From positions 14,756,001 to 14,820,000 of the forward strand of contig OZ024757.1 of assembly GCA_964016885.1 (NCBI GenBank): a stretch of 64,000 nucleotides of DNA, given 5' to 3'. The position numbers and the translations under genes are program-made. The DNA is from Eledone cirrhosa (Eukaryota). This document shows positions 35,065 through 49,100 of the stretch, piece by piece (positions within the stretch are counted from its first letter, which is position 1; each line of letters opens with the position of its first letter). The notes under the pieces are model-generated. The model had not been told where the DNA came from. It ran no database searches and worked only from the letters and a program-made list of their open reading frames with translations.

Positions 35065-36476
35065 AAATATAATTTGTTTCGACATACGATTTCATATAAA
35101 AAATACGTTGCAAACAAATTAGTTCGGATCTAGCTGTCGAAAAGCTGGAGCTCAGCCGTCGGGGTCCTGACTTTTCCTTATATACATATATACACACACA
35201 CAGCAACGTATTAGTGGGGAAATATACAAATAACACACACACTGTCGTTGTGCGTGGTACCTGCTTCTGTGTTTTTTTGTTTTTTTTCCCTTTCCCTTTC
35301 CTTTATATTATATTATATTTGTTTGTGCTTTCGTTCTGTAAATATTCTATTATATTTCTTTTTATAAGAAATATAATACAATTTTAAGGGCAGTAGATTG
35401 GCAGTATCAGTATAGAGTCGGACACCATGCTTTGCAGCATAGAGTCACGGCCCTTTACGCTCTAAGCATTGAGCACACCTCGCTTCGGCTGTTGGCGTCT
35501 AGTATACTGTATCACACTTTTTTGTCTCTCCTCTTTTCTTATGATACATATCTTCTCTTTAATATATACATATATATATATGCACACATACATGCATAAA
35601 CACTTCTATGCAAATACTCATACATATATATTAAAAACACACATCATATACCAGCATAATAACGATTGACAAACCATCAGGACATGCTTGCTCGTGTGAA
35701 AACCGAACTTGCTACGCTACGTACACTGACGGAAACATATGTACATAAACACACAAACAGAACTGGTATGACTTACATCAAAGATTTTGTTCCACTATTG
35801 AACCATTCAAGGTAGTTAGAACGAACTACCAGTGTAGTACTGGGGTCAATTCTTCTTCTATATCTCTTTCTTAATTCCTTTCTCTCACTCTATATCCGTC
35901 TCTGGAAAACATAACCTATCTGGGGTAGAGATCCGATCTGTCACCTTATACAAAATGCCCCGAACACCCCGAATGTCAATGCGGGACCTCTACAACTCCC
36001 TCACAAGTTATAGGTCCCTACATACATACATAGAAACATCAGAGATATCCTTTATATCTTTCACTCGATAATGCTAGACAAGTATTCCGTGAGTCAGAAA
36101 GGAATATTTGCGATATGACGGGAGAACCTCTCTGAATAAATATTACATAATTCAGAGGCTACGTAAAGCAGGCGGCGACATCATCGAAGACCAGAGATGC
36201 CATGTGGAAATGGACATAACACACATAGGGTTACCTTATAATCATAGACATTTGGGCTTATGAACACATATATATTTAAATATATACGGGTGAAATGTTG
36301 ATTAGTAAACAAACCGTGTATCTCACATGTAAGAGGGAAAGCCATAGCAAGTGTTGAGGATAAGAGACGTGTGGAATTAATAATAATAATATTGTTTTAA
36401 TTATTAATAGTAGTAGTTGTCACAATAAAGTGAGGAGGACAACGTTATTATAAATACTTATACTAATGTTGTTTGG

Positions 36477-36658
36477 AGGGCGGTGGATTGGCAGAGGGTC
36501 GGACGCCATTCTTTGACGTATAGAGTTACGGCCCTTGCCATTATGAGTTCAAATCCCGCCGAGGTTAACTTTGCCTTTCATCCTTACAGGGTCGATAAAA
36601 TAAAGTACTAGTAATGCACTGGGTAATTGCTGGCCTTGTGCCAAACGTAGAAACCATT
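36477..36658 (+). mobile_element. tRNA-derived SINE (copy 2)
   Basis: Copy of 11919-12100. Confidence 0.85.
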
Positions 36659-37142
36659 ATTATAAATACTCATATACACACAAGCTTAAACAGGTATACA
36701 TGCGTACGCTTATCTAGACACATACGTACATAAACGTTTATAAATAAAAGCCAAAGATAAGAAGAACATAGCTTACCATATCGAATTTGGAAGGATGCAC
36801 ACGACGTTGAGTGCTTCAATATGGTCCCATCATCATTTGCTGATACGATTATTGCATACACAACACAAGTTTAAAGAGCTATCTGTTTAGAAACCATCAA
36901 GCCAGGCCACCATCTATACACTGAGGTATGACAATTGAAGGACATCACCGCAAATCAGGTGGTTGTAACATCAAATCAAACCTAAAGAGATAAAAATAAA
37001 AGTCATGATATATTTTCTGAAAACTACAGAATAGTAAAAGATATGTCGACACTTTTGCGGTATTAATAAGACTGAGAAAGGTATGAACGCCACCACGTCA
37101 ATTAAGCTTCGAAAATAGAAAGTAGGTTTATATATATATTAA

Positions 37143-38110
37143 TTTTCATTTTCTTCCCCAATTCTGTATTTTGAAGTCCTTTCATTATTTTAAATATTTC
37201 TATCATGTCACTCGTTTGATTAATCTCCTCCAAAGTTGTAATTCTAAGTGTTTGTCCCTGGTATAGTGAACTAATGTTGATATTTTCAAGTCTTGGCATT
37301 TATATGGAATAGTGTACTAATATTTAAATTGTCTTCATCTTTTTATCCTGTCTCCCCTAAGATTTATCTCCTCTAAATTTACAAAAGCTTCTCATTTCTT
37401 TCACAAGATAGATCTTTAAATAATTATATTGTTTTCTGTTTTCTTCTTCTCTGGGTTGCTTCAAGAGCCTCACCATTTGTTCGGATGTCGGTTGATCATG
37501 GCCCAAAACAATATTCTCAGTGGTATCACATATTCCTGTAGAGTTTTAGATTTTTCAGCATTTAGTTAGGAAAAAGAATGTTTTATTATTTCTATTATCC
37601 GTCTCGCTGTTTTACTTCTACATGGTTAGCCATCTTTCAATTCATATTCATACATATTCACAATTCTTCTGTGAGGGTATAAGCTCGTTATTTGCTCAAC
37701 ATTCGATACCAAAACATGCTTCCTATTCATAACTTCGTTGTACGAATATAATAATTAAAGTATATATACAAGCCATCTGTATATATATATATATATAGCT
37801 GCTTATTAACTCTTTCCCGAAACATATCTTCAAAATAAGCTAAGACATATCCCGAAATATATTATAAGGTGTCTCAATAATTATTCCATTTCAATCAATT
37901 TCTCATTTTAGTTTTCTTTAGAAATATCTTGGCATTGAAGATTTGTCCTTCTCATAGTAATTAGCTTGTCTCAAAATTGTTCGTAGTGTTTCATGTTTCG
38001 TGTCAAAAACTATCGTTAATTCAAGATTTTGCTCTAATGTAATAAATGTTACTTTTAAAAGAGTGAAGCTCTCAATTTTTTCTTTCTCTTGTATATTGAT
38101 ATCCAAAGAA
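37143..38110 (-). mobile_element. CR1-like remnant (copy 2)
   Basis: Copy of 12585-13560. Confidence 0.7.
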
Positions 38111-38682
38111 TGACAAATGTATGTGTTAGGAGAAAAAACCCACAGCCAAAAAACCCATATCCAAACAATGACAAATGTATGTGTTATGCGGTAGGAGGAA
38201 AAAACAACGACCTTCTTCCGTCGCTCTAGAAGGCTAACTGACAATATCGTTCGTAGGAGTGACAAGTACTCGACAACTGAGCACACCTCTTACTGCCTTT
38301 TATATACCATGTTAACTGGACAGACTTGCCAAGTATGGATACACTCTCACCTTATCAATATTGTCCGAGTCCGAGGACATTTTTCTCTCTGGTTAAGGAG
38401 TGAGATAAAATATTAGGGATCAATGTCTAGCAATAATTTAATTAAATTATATTTAACCAAAGCTGTTATGTCGTGTTTGTTGTTATATTTTATAGTCGTG
38501 GTTACAATGTTTATCAGTGGTTGTAGAATTAGTTTTATCTAATTATTATCAAACAAAAATGATGTACATATTGTCGTTGTACGTTGAAATCACATATATA
38601 CATTTATATACACACCAAGGATGGAGGGAAGACAGAATTGAAAACCATTATTGCTGAGCACAACATTGCAGGATCAAATCTA

Positions 38683-38756
<74 letters not shown>

Positions 38757-39001
38757 ATAATCAGGTATGTCCATTTATGAACGCCACTGCAGATCATCGG
38801 GTCGTAGGATGAAATCAACCCTACAGAAATGATAAACCATATGAAGGTATATTTTATGAAAGCTCGTGAAGAATAAAAATGAAAGTGAACCATTTTGAAT
38901 TGTTAATATCATTGGGAAAGCCATGAAGGCCACTACATCAATTTTTCTTTTAAATAGAAAGTAGGTTTATAAATATTAATTTTGATAGTATTTTTGTAGC
39001 A

Positions 39002-39537
39002 GTCTCAGTAGCCTATTGGTAGGTGTTGAGACTGTGGTGATGCTGGTCTGGGGTTCAATCTCAGTCAGGAATCTCTCGAAAGATTTAATTTTTTTTAATT
39101 TTTCATAAAATGAACAAAATATAGCGGTTGCAGGAATCTGACTGAGATCGAACACCAGACCAGGATCTGCACCCCTTCTAATACTTACCACTAGTCCACG
39201 GAGACGTTATAAAAACTCACTGAAAATTAATATTTATAAACCTACTTTTTCAATTTTTTATAAAAACAAGATTTCTGTACAAGGATTTTAGTGTAGACCT
39301 GACAGAGATTGAACCCTCTAACCAGTATCACCCCTGTCTCTAATATCTACCACTAGACTACTGAGACTGTTACGAAATCAGAGTGAAAATTAATATTTAT
39401 AAACTTACTTTTTAATGGTTTTTATTTTAGAAGAGGTAAACTAAAAATAATAATCCCCATAGTGTAGAACCTGAAAGCGATTGAACTCTAGACCAGGATT
39501 TCACAGTCTCTAATACATACCACTGGGCCAGAGAGAA
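39002..39537. ncRNA. Cluster of four tRNA-like Pol III-type units (starts 39002+, 39205-, 39367-, 39537-)
   Basis: Copy of 14457-14992 at offset 24545. Confidence 0.5.
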
Positions 39538-41083
39538 TGTACGAATTCGTTATGAAAATTAATATTTATGAAACTACATTTTGTTCGGAAGTAATTCAAA
39601 TAAACTATTGTTTCAGACGATCCCGTAACAAGTTGAAAGCAGCGATTCTTTGCTTAAACTTTAATTTGTACTCATAATAAATAAATAAACATATATATTT
39701 GTGTGTGTATACATATATATGCGTTGCTCTGATGCTATTTCTAGCAAATTTATTGTTTTTTATGAAAAATACAGAAACCGGAACTGAAAAGATTTAAACA
39801 TCTTTGGTCAAAATTCAGGCGAACTTTTTTAAACAAAAGGATTTTTTTTGTAAACAAACTTGAAATTTTTGCCAAGAAACATAACTCTTGCCTGACTTAA
39901 ACGCAAAAATTGATGCAAAAATTTTGCGTGTGTGCAAATTATAGGGACTGTACGAATTCATTGTGACAATTAATATTTATAAAACTACATTTTGTTCGGT
40001 TGAAAACTCGATGTAGTGGCGTTCATGGCTTTGTCGGGACGTCCTTGAATTCATCCCCCGAAGGGAATTCATAAAGTAAATCTAGACTTTATTTCTCATT
40101 GCTCTAGGCTTGATTTGAACCTACAACGACTCCGTCTGCAATAATGTCATACGTCATTCCAGCTTAGTAGGTCGTGCCCGTAAATTGGTAAACGTAATTC
40201 CTATACATACATGCAAGTAAGATTTGAACCTACAATGCTGTGCTTAATTTCTATAAATAAGTGTGTTTTATAAAAGAAAGTAAAGAAACAATTTAATGAA
40301 AGTAACAAATTTATTTTATTCAGTAATGTTTTTTTTAAATTTTATTTATTCACTTCATTGACTGCTGAATAGTTCTCTTGTTTTTGTTTGTTCTAACATT
40401 GTTTACTGTAAATGTTGACTGTGACGAGACTGGATTATTACCAAGTTTTACTGGATGATGGCATTTCCTTATTGTATTATTTTGTTGTCAGTCGACATCT
40501 GGACATCTCTCTGAATACCTGGAATAAACATAAGGTGTGTCTTTTACGTAACATTTCATTTAATATCTGATATTCCAATGGATCACTTTTAAAATAAAAC
40601 CAATACACAGGACAGGTAGACTACATCAAAAGAGACCAGAGATGAGGTACGAATAATCTAAAATTAATTTTTAAAAAAAGACAATGTTTAAAGAAAGACA
40701 AACATTAAAAAAGGATTTCCAACAAACACGTAAAGACAAAGACAATCACATCCACAATTTAATATCTGGAGATCAACATTTTTCACGGTATAAATAAAAC
40801 TAAATATGTAAAGTTAAGTGACCTCTCATTTATTTGCTCTAACTTTATTTTACTAATCTGTATTCTGTAGACATATATTTTCGTTGGTGTACATTACGAT
40901 TTCGTTGATGAAAGTTTTCACTCGTGTTTAGATCTTTATTTCTTATAATACTCACCTCTTCCTATTATATTTTCATATATACATATATATATTTACTTTT
41001 ACCTGGAGTTTCGACCGATAGATAGTATTAGCAATTGGAAAGACCAATGGAGATATTGTTTCCTCGCTCCGATTTGACGAATG

Positions 41084-41117
<34 letters not shown>

Positions 41118-41867
41118 CTCACTTCTATGTAAATATACATACATATATATTAAAAACACATACCATATACCATCATAATAACGATTGACTAACCATCAGG
41201 ACACATACTTGCTCATGTGAGAATTTTCACAGAGACACTTACGAAAACCGAACTTGCAACGCCACGTACACTTACATACACATATATGTACATACACACA
41301 TACGTACATACACATATAGAACAGCTATGACTTATATAGGTACATCAAAGTTTGGGTTTCGCTATTGTACCATTTGAGGTAGTTAGAAAGAAGTACCAGT
41401 GTAGTACTGGAGGTCGATTCTTCTATATCTCTTTCTCAATTCCTTTCTCTCACTCTCTATCATTCTCTGTAAGACATCTGTGACCAGATCTGGGGTGGAG
41501 ATGGGATCTGTCAACTTTTACAAAATACCCGAGACTCCCTCACAAGTTATAGGTCCCTACCTACATATATGACAGATTCTTTATTTAGATCTCTTTTACT
41601 CGATGATGCAAGACAAGTTTTCAGTGAGTCAGAAAGGAATATTTGTGATATGAAGGGAGAACCTCTCTGAATAAATATTAGATAGTTAAGATGCTACGTA
41701 AAGAAGGCGGTGACAACATCGAGTATCACAGATGCCATGTGGAAATAGACATCGACATATATATACAAAGATAGGGGACCTTATCATCATAGACAGTTGG
41801 GCTTATGAACACACACACACATATTTATATACATACATACATATATATACATATTTATATATATATG

Positions 41868-42054
41868 TGGCTTCTGCAGGACTAGAACTGTTTCATTCGG
41901 AACAAATCAAGGGCTTTCCTGGTGATTTCTTCCGAATGAAACAGTTCTAGTCCTGTAGAAGCCATTTCTATATTAAATATTATTTATTAAGTATTTATAT
42001 TCTGCTATGTAATGAGTACCTTACTTACTGTGGTTACCGCCGATTGAACCCGGG
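41868..42054. mobile_element. Penelope-like hairpin element, mutated hammerhead (copy 2 beta)
   Basis: Copy of 17318-17505. Confidence 0.6.
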
Positions 42055-43609
42055 ATAAACATATATATATATATATATACATACGAGTGCACAGGTATTT
42101 GGTGTCCTCAAGTTAACACTAAGGATTCCGCCCGATGTCCCGTCACGCATTACTACATCTTCGAGTAAATGTTGATTAGTAAACAAACCGTGTATCTCAC
42201 ATGTAAGAGGGAAAGCCATAGCAAGTGTTGAGGATAAGAGACGTGTGAAAATAATAATAATAATAGTGTTAAAATTATTAATAGTAGTAGTTGTAATGAT
42301 AAAGTGAGGGGGACAATGTTATTATAAATACTTATGTACACACAAGCTTACACATATCTACACACGTACATACATAAACATTTATAAATAAAAGACTAAG
42401 CTGATAAAAAGAACATATATTACCGTATGAGTTTGGAACGATACACATGACGTTGAGTTCTTGAATCTGATCCCAAAAAGCTGCAAAAAATTAGTAAAAC
42501 CCCCTTATTTTATATAGATCCTGGTCAAGATAGAAACCCAGACCAGGATATCCACCGTCTCTCGCTACAGAGACAGCTTCAAAATAATATTAAAAATTAA
42601 TATTTATAAACTTACTTTTTATTTTGGAAGATTAATTGAAGTGTTGCTGTTATTAGAAAGGGTCGACTTTGTCTTTCATAATTCAGGGGCTTTCATGAAG
42701 TAAATATTCATTTTATTTCTTAATGCCCTAGTGTTGATTTGAACCTACAATGACTTCGTCTGCAATAATGTTCACTAATTTAAAATCTGTCATACGTAAA
42801 TCCTGTGTGCGACTTAGAAATAAATTGTGAAATGTCACTTTTAAATATTTACCAATGTAAGATTGGAACCTACAGTGATGTGCTTTGCAGTAATGTCCCG
42901 CAACTCCAACTAGATTGCGCTAAGCTTATATATTTCTTTCGTCCGAGCAACATAATGGTTTCGATCCCAGTTCGCTACTGGTACAAGAAATAATTTAAAG
43001 AAATTCTATATCCCCAGCTAAATATTGAATTCCTAATGACATTTTATGTTAATATCAATAACCCCATTACACACTGCATATCTAAACCCTGAACACGCAT
43101 ATTTATAACTCAATTCCTAATTTTTAAATGATATTACACGACCTTTGTGTTCTCGGTGTAAATCCTGTCGATAATTTACAATTTTAGAGCAGCAAAATAG
43201 AGTACCATCATTTTATGGGTTCAATTTAATCGATCGGCTTCTCCCCGTCCATCACTTGACATTTGCCAAACAAAGACACACAAATAGTGTATATATATAT
43301 ATATATGATACGACAAATTTGAAATAAATTACGTGTTTAATTAAGAAATTATAATTATTTAGTAATAATATTTTTATTGTTTGTTTTCACTGCATTAACT
43401 GCCGAGTGTGACTTTTATTTTTCTTACTATGTTCTACTACTGTAAATGGCGGCTGAGACGTTATTGGATTATTACTAAGGTTTACTGGATGATGGCGTTT
43501 CCTTATTGCATTATTTTACAAACAGAGGACATCGGAACCTCTCTCTATATACCTGGGATAAATGTAAGGAGCATTGTTATTTTATATATAGTACAATGGT
43601 CATCTCTTC

Positions 43610-44005
43610 TTATATTTACATTTTCTCCAATTCTGTATTTTGAATATTTCTATTATGTCACTCGTGTGATTAATCTCCTCCAAAGTTGTAATTCTCAGTG
43701 TTTGTCCTTGGTATAGTGAACTAATTTTGATATACTCTTTATAATTTTATCCTGTCTCCCCTAAGATTTATCTCCTCTTAATTTACAAAAGTTTTTCATC
43801 TTCCTTCGCAAGTCAGATCCCTAAATAATTCTAGTGTCTTCTGTTTTCTTCTTCTCTGGGTTGCTTCAAGAGCCTCACCGTTTTTTGGGATGTCGGTTGA
43901 CCATGGCCCAAAACAATATTCTCAGAGGAATCACACATATTCATGTAGAGTTTTAGATTTTTCAGCATTGAGTTAGGAAAAAGAGTGCAAAATAAGCTCA
44001 TTATT
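43610..44005 (-). mobile_element. CR1-like remnant truncated by the B-specific deletion
   Basis: Copy of ~19075-19475. Confidence 0.6.
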
Positions 44006-44853
44006 TGTCCGAGGACATTTTCTCCCTGGTTAAGGAGTGAGATAAAATATTAGGGATCAATCTCTAGCAATAATTTAATTAAATTATAGTTAACCAAAAC
44101 TGTTATGTCGTGTTTGTTGTTAGATTTTATAGTCGTGGTTTCAATGTTTATCAGTGGTTGTAGAATTAGTTTTATCTAATTATTATCAAACAAAAATGAT
44201 GTATATATTGTCGTTGTACGTTGAAATCACATATATACATTTATATACACACCAATGATAGAATTGAAAACCATTGCAGGATCAAATCTAACACACATAT
44301 ATATATATAATAATCTCAGTCAGGAATCTCTCGAGAAATTTAATTTTTTTTAATTTTTCATAAAATGAAATAAAAAGAGCGATTGCAGGAATCTGACTAA
44401 GATCGAACCCCAGACCAGGATCACCACCACCTCTAATACTTACCACTAGTCCACAGAGACGATTATAAAAACAAATTTCTGTAGAACCTGATAGAGATTG
44501 AACCCGTAACCAGTATCACCACTGTCTTCAAATATACCTAACTGTACAATGGATTTCATACATTTTCCAATATATATATGCTTATATTTACTTCTACCTG
44601 GAGTTTCGACCGATAGATAGTATTAGCAATTGGAAAGAATATTTCAGAAAGGAATATTTGTGATATGAAGGGAGAACTTCTCTGAATAAATGTTAGATAG
44701 TTAAGATGCTACGTAAAGCAGGCGGTGACAACATCGAGTACCAGAGATGCCATGTGGAAATAGACATCGACATATATATACAAAGATAGGGGGACCTTAT
44801 CATCATAGACACTTGGGCTTATGAACACACATGTGTGTGTGTGTGTGTGCGGC

Positions 44854-45012
44854 TGGCTTCTGCAGGACTAGAACGGTTTCATTCGGAAGAAATCAAGGGC
44901 TTTCCTGATGGTTTTTTCCGAATGAAACAGTTCTAGCCCCGTAGAAGACATTTCTATATGAAATATTTATACTCTGATATATATTGAGTACCTTACTTAC
45001 TGTGGCTTTCAT
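44854..45012. mobile_element. Penelope-like hairpin element (copy 2 gamma)
   Basis: Copy of 20946-21105. Confidence 0.55.
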
Positions 45013-45814
45013 GCCTTTCTTAGTGTTGCTGTTACTAGAAAGGGTCGACTTTGTCTTTCAGGAAGTAAATATTCATTTTATTTCTTAACGCGTTGATTTG
45101 AACCTACCATGACTTCGTCTGCAATACCTAAATCCTGTGTGCGACTTACAAATAAATTGTTAAACATCACTTTTATCAATGTAAGATGTAACTCCAACTA
45201 GATTGCGCTAAGCTTGTATATTTCTTTCGTCCGAATAACATAATGGTTTCGATCCCAGTTCGCTACTGGTACAATAAATAATTTAAAGAAATCCTATATC
45301 CCCAGCTAAATATTGAATTCCTAACGACATTTTATGTTACTTAATACCAATAACCCCGTTATACACTGAATATCTAAGCCCTGAACACACATATTTATAA
45401 CTCAATTTCTAAATGATATTACACCACCTTTGTGTTCTCGGTGGATATTAATTTACAAGTTTATAGGTTCCATTTAATCGATCGGCTTCTCCCCATCAAT
45501 CACTTGACATTTGCCAAACAGTATACGACAAATTTGAAATAAATTAGGTGTTTAATTAAGAAAAAGAATTATTGAAAGTAAGAAATTATAATTATTTAGT
45601 AATAATATTTTGTTTGTTTTCACTGCATTTACTGCTGAGTGTGACTTACTTTTTTACTGTAAATGGCGGCTGCCACGATATTGGATTATTATTAAGGTTT
45701 ACTGGATGACGGCGTTTCCATAGTGTATTATTTTACAAACAGTGGATAACTTTCTAAATACCTGGAATAAATGTAAGAAACTTTTTTTTGTATTTTTTCA
45801 TCCTCAGAACAAAG

Positions 45815-46155
45815 GTCATCTCTTATATTTACATTTTCTTCCCCAATTCTGTATTTTGAAGTCCTTTCAGTATTTTAAATATTTCCATCATGTCACTCGT
45901 TAGAATTACAACTTTGGAGGAGACTAATCAAAGTGTTTGTCTTTGGTATAGTGAACTAATGTTGATATTTTAAAGTCTTGACATTTATATGGAATAGTGT
46001 ACTAATATTTTTATCCTGTCTCCAAGATTTTAGATTTTTTCCGCATTTAGCTAGGAAAAAGAACGTTTTATTATTTCCATTATCAGTCTCGCTGTTTTGC
46101 TTCAACATGGTTAGCCATCTTTCAATTCTTATTCATAAACATTCACAATTCTTCT
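45815..46155 (-). mobile_element. CR1-like remnant (copy 2 gamma)
   Basis: Variant of 21955-22310. Confidence 0.6.
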
Positions 46156-49100
46156 GAGAGAAACAAGCGATGAGAGGAACGAGAGAGAGGAGAGAGATGA
46201 GAGGAACGAAAAAGAGATGAAAAACGAGAGAGACGAACGAGAGAGACGAACGAGAGAAACGAACGAGAGAAACGAGAGAGACGAACGAGAGAAACGAGAG
46301 ACTGAGATGAAACGATAGAGAGAGAGAGACAGATGAAACAGAGAGAGAGTGGAAACGATAAAGTGAGAGAGAGAGTGATATAACGAGAGAGAGAGAGAGA
46401 TAAATGAAACGAAAGAGATGAAACGAGAGAGGGATAGGAACGGATAGAGAGAGATGGATAGAGAGAGAGAGGGATGGATGGAGAGAGAGGGAAGGATAGA
46501 GAGAGAGAGAGTGAGACGGATGTAGCGAGTGAGAGGGGTGGATAGGAGAGAGAGAGATGGAGAGAGGGATGGAAGGAGAGAGAGGGATGGAGAGAGAGGG
46601 ACGGAAGGATGGATAGAGAATTGGATGGAGAGAGAGGGTTGGAGAGGGATGGATGGATAGAGGGATGGATGGACGGATAGAGAGAGCGGGATGGCTGGAG
46701 CGGGATGGCTGGAGAGGGATGGCTGGGGAGAGAGAGAGGGACGGAGAGAGAGGGGGACGGATGGATGGATAGAAAGAGAAAGGGATGGCTAGAAGGAGAG
46801 ATAGAGAGAGAGAGAGAGGGATGGATGGAAAGAGAGAGAGGGATGGATGGAAAGAGAGAGAGGGATGGATGGAAAGAGAGAGAGCGGGATGGAAGGAGAG
46901 AGAGAGATGGATAGAGAGAGAGATGGATGGAGAGAGAGAGAGAGATGGATGGAGAGAGAGAGAGGGACGGATGGATGGATAGAAAGAGAAAGGGATGGAT
47001 AGAAGGAGAGAGGGATGGAAGGAGAGAGAGAGAGAGGGATGGAAGGAGAGAGAGAGAGGTGGATGGAGAGAGAGAGAGAGAGGTGGATAGAGAGAGAGAG
47101 GGATGGAAGGAGAGAGAGAGATGGAAGGAGAGAGAGAGGTGGATGGAGAGAGAGAGAGAGCGGGATGGCTGGAGAGGGATGGCTGGATAGAGAGAGAGAG
47201 GGATGGAAGGAGAGAGAGAGATGGAAGGAGAGAGAGAGATGGAAGGAGAGAGAGAGAGAGAGAGAGGGATGGAAGGAGAGAGAGAGAGGGATGGAAGGAG
47301 AGAGAGAGAGAGAGAGAGAGATGGAAAGAGAGAGGGATGGATGGATAGAGAGAGAGAGAGAGAGAGAGGGATGGATGGATAGAGAGAGAGAGAGAGAGGG
47401 ATGGATGGATAGAGAGAGAGAGAGAGAGGGATGGATGGATAGAGAGAGAGAGAGAGGGATGGATAGAGAGAGAGAGGGATGGAAGGAGAGAGAGAGGGAT
47501 GGAAGGAGAGAGAGCGGGATGGAAGGAGAGAGAGAGAGAGAGCGGGATGGCTGGGGAGAGAGAGAGAGAGATGGATAGAGAGACAGAGGGATGGAGAGAC
47601 AGAGGGGCGGATAGAGAGAGAGGGACGGATAGAAAGAGAAAGGGATGGATAGAAGGATAGAGAGAGAGAGGGATGGATGGAAAGAGAGAGGGATGGAGAG
47701 GGATGGAAAGAGAGAGAGAGGGATGGATGGATAGAGAGAGCGGGACGGATAGAGAGAGAGCGGGACGGATAGAGAGAGAGAGGGATGGAAGGAGAGACTG
47801 AGATGAAACGATAGAGAGAGAGTGGAAACGATAAAGTGACAGAGAGAGTGATATAACGAGAGAGAGAGGTGAAACGAGAGAGAGAGAGAGAGAGAGATAA
47901 ATGAAACGAAAGAGATGAAACGAGAGAGAGGGATGGATAGAGAGAGGGAAGGAGAGAGAGAGAGAGAGAGAGAGAGGGACGGATAGAGAGAGAGAGTGAG
48001 ACGGATGTAGCGAGTGAGAGGGGTGGATAGGAGAGAGAGGGATGGAGAGAGAGGGACGGAAGGATAGATGGATGGATAGAGAGAGAGAGGGATGGAAGGA
48101 GAGAGAGGGATAGAGAGAGAGGGACGGAAGGATGGATAGAGAATTGGATGGAGAGAGAGGGATGGATAGATGGAGGGATGGATGGATGGAGAGAGAGTGA
48201 GACGGATGTAGCGAGCGAGGGATGGATGGAAAGAGAGAGAGGGATGGATGGAAAGAGAGAGAGGGATGGATGGAAAGAGAGAGAGCGGGATGGAAGGAGA
48301 GAGAGAGATGGATAGAGAGAGAGATGGATGGAGAGAGAGAGAGGGACGGATGGATGGATAGAAAGAGAAAGGGATGGATAGATGGAGAGAGAGAGGGATG
48401 GAGAGAGAGAGGGATGGAGAGAGAGACAGAGGGATGGATAGAGAGACAGAGGGATGGAGAGAGAGACAGAGGGATGGAGAGAGAGAGGGGCGGATAGAGA
48501 GAGAGGGACGGATGGATGGATAGAAAGGGATGGATAGAGAGAGAAAGGGATGGATAGAGAGAGATTGAGAGAGAGAGTGAGAGGGATGGATGGAAGGAGA
48601 GAGAGGGATGGAAGGAGAGAGATTGATGGAGAGAGGGAGAGTGATGGATGGAGAGAGAGAGAGGGAGAGTGATGGATGGAGAGAGAGAGAGAGGGAGAGT
48701 GATGGATGGAGAGAGAGAGAGGGATGGATGGATGGATGGAGAGAGAGAGAGGGATGGATGGATGGAGAGAGAGAGAGGGATGGATGGATGGATGGGTAGA
48801 GAGAGGGATGGATGGGTAGAGAGGGACGGATAGAGAGAGGAATGGATGGATGGAGAGGGACGGATAGAGAGAGGAATGGATGGATGGAGAGGGACGGATA
48901 GAGAGAGGAATGGATGGATGGAGAGGGACGGATAGAGAGAGAGAGGGATGGAAGGAGAGAGAGAGGGATGGGGAGAGAGAGAGAGATGGATAGAGAGACA
49001 GAGGGATGGAGAGAGAGGGGCGGATAGAGAGAGAGGGATGGATGGATAGAAAGAGAAAGGGATGGAGAGAAGGAGAGATAGAGAGAGAGAGGGATGGATG

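Larger units (their letters stand above)
22310..46154. repeat. Tandem macro-unit copy 2 (GA satellite + B-type mosaic block, ~23.8 kb)
   Basis: Colinear with copy 1, with diagnostic differences: (AGTG)45 at 31833, ~77 bp deletion near 36292, ~630 bp deletion near 44005, shorter minisatellite. Confidence 0.95.
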
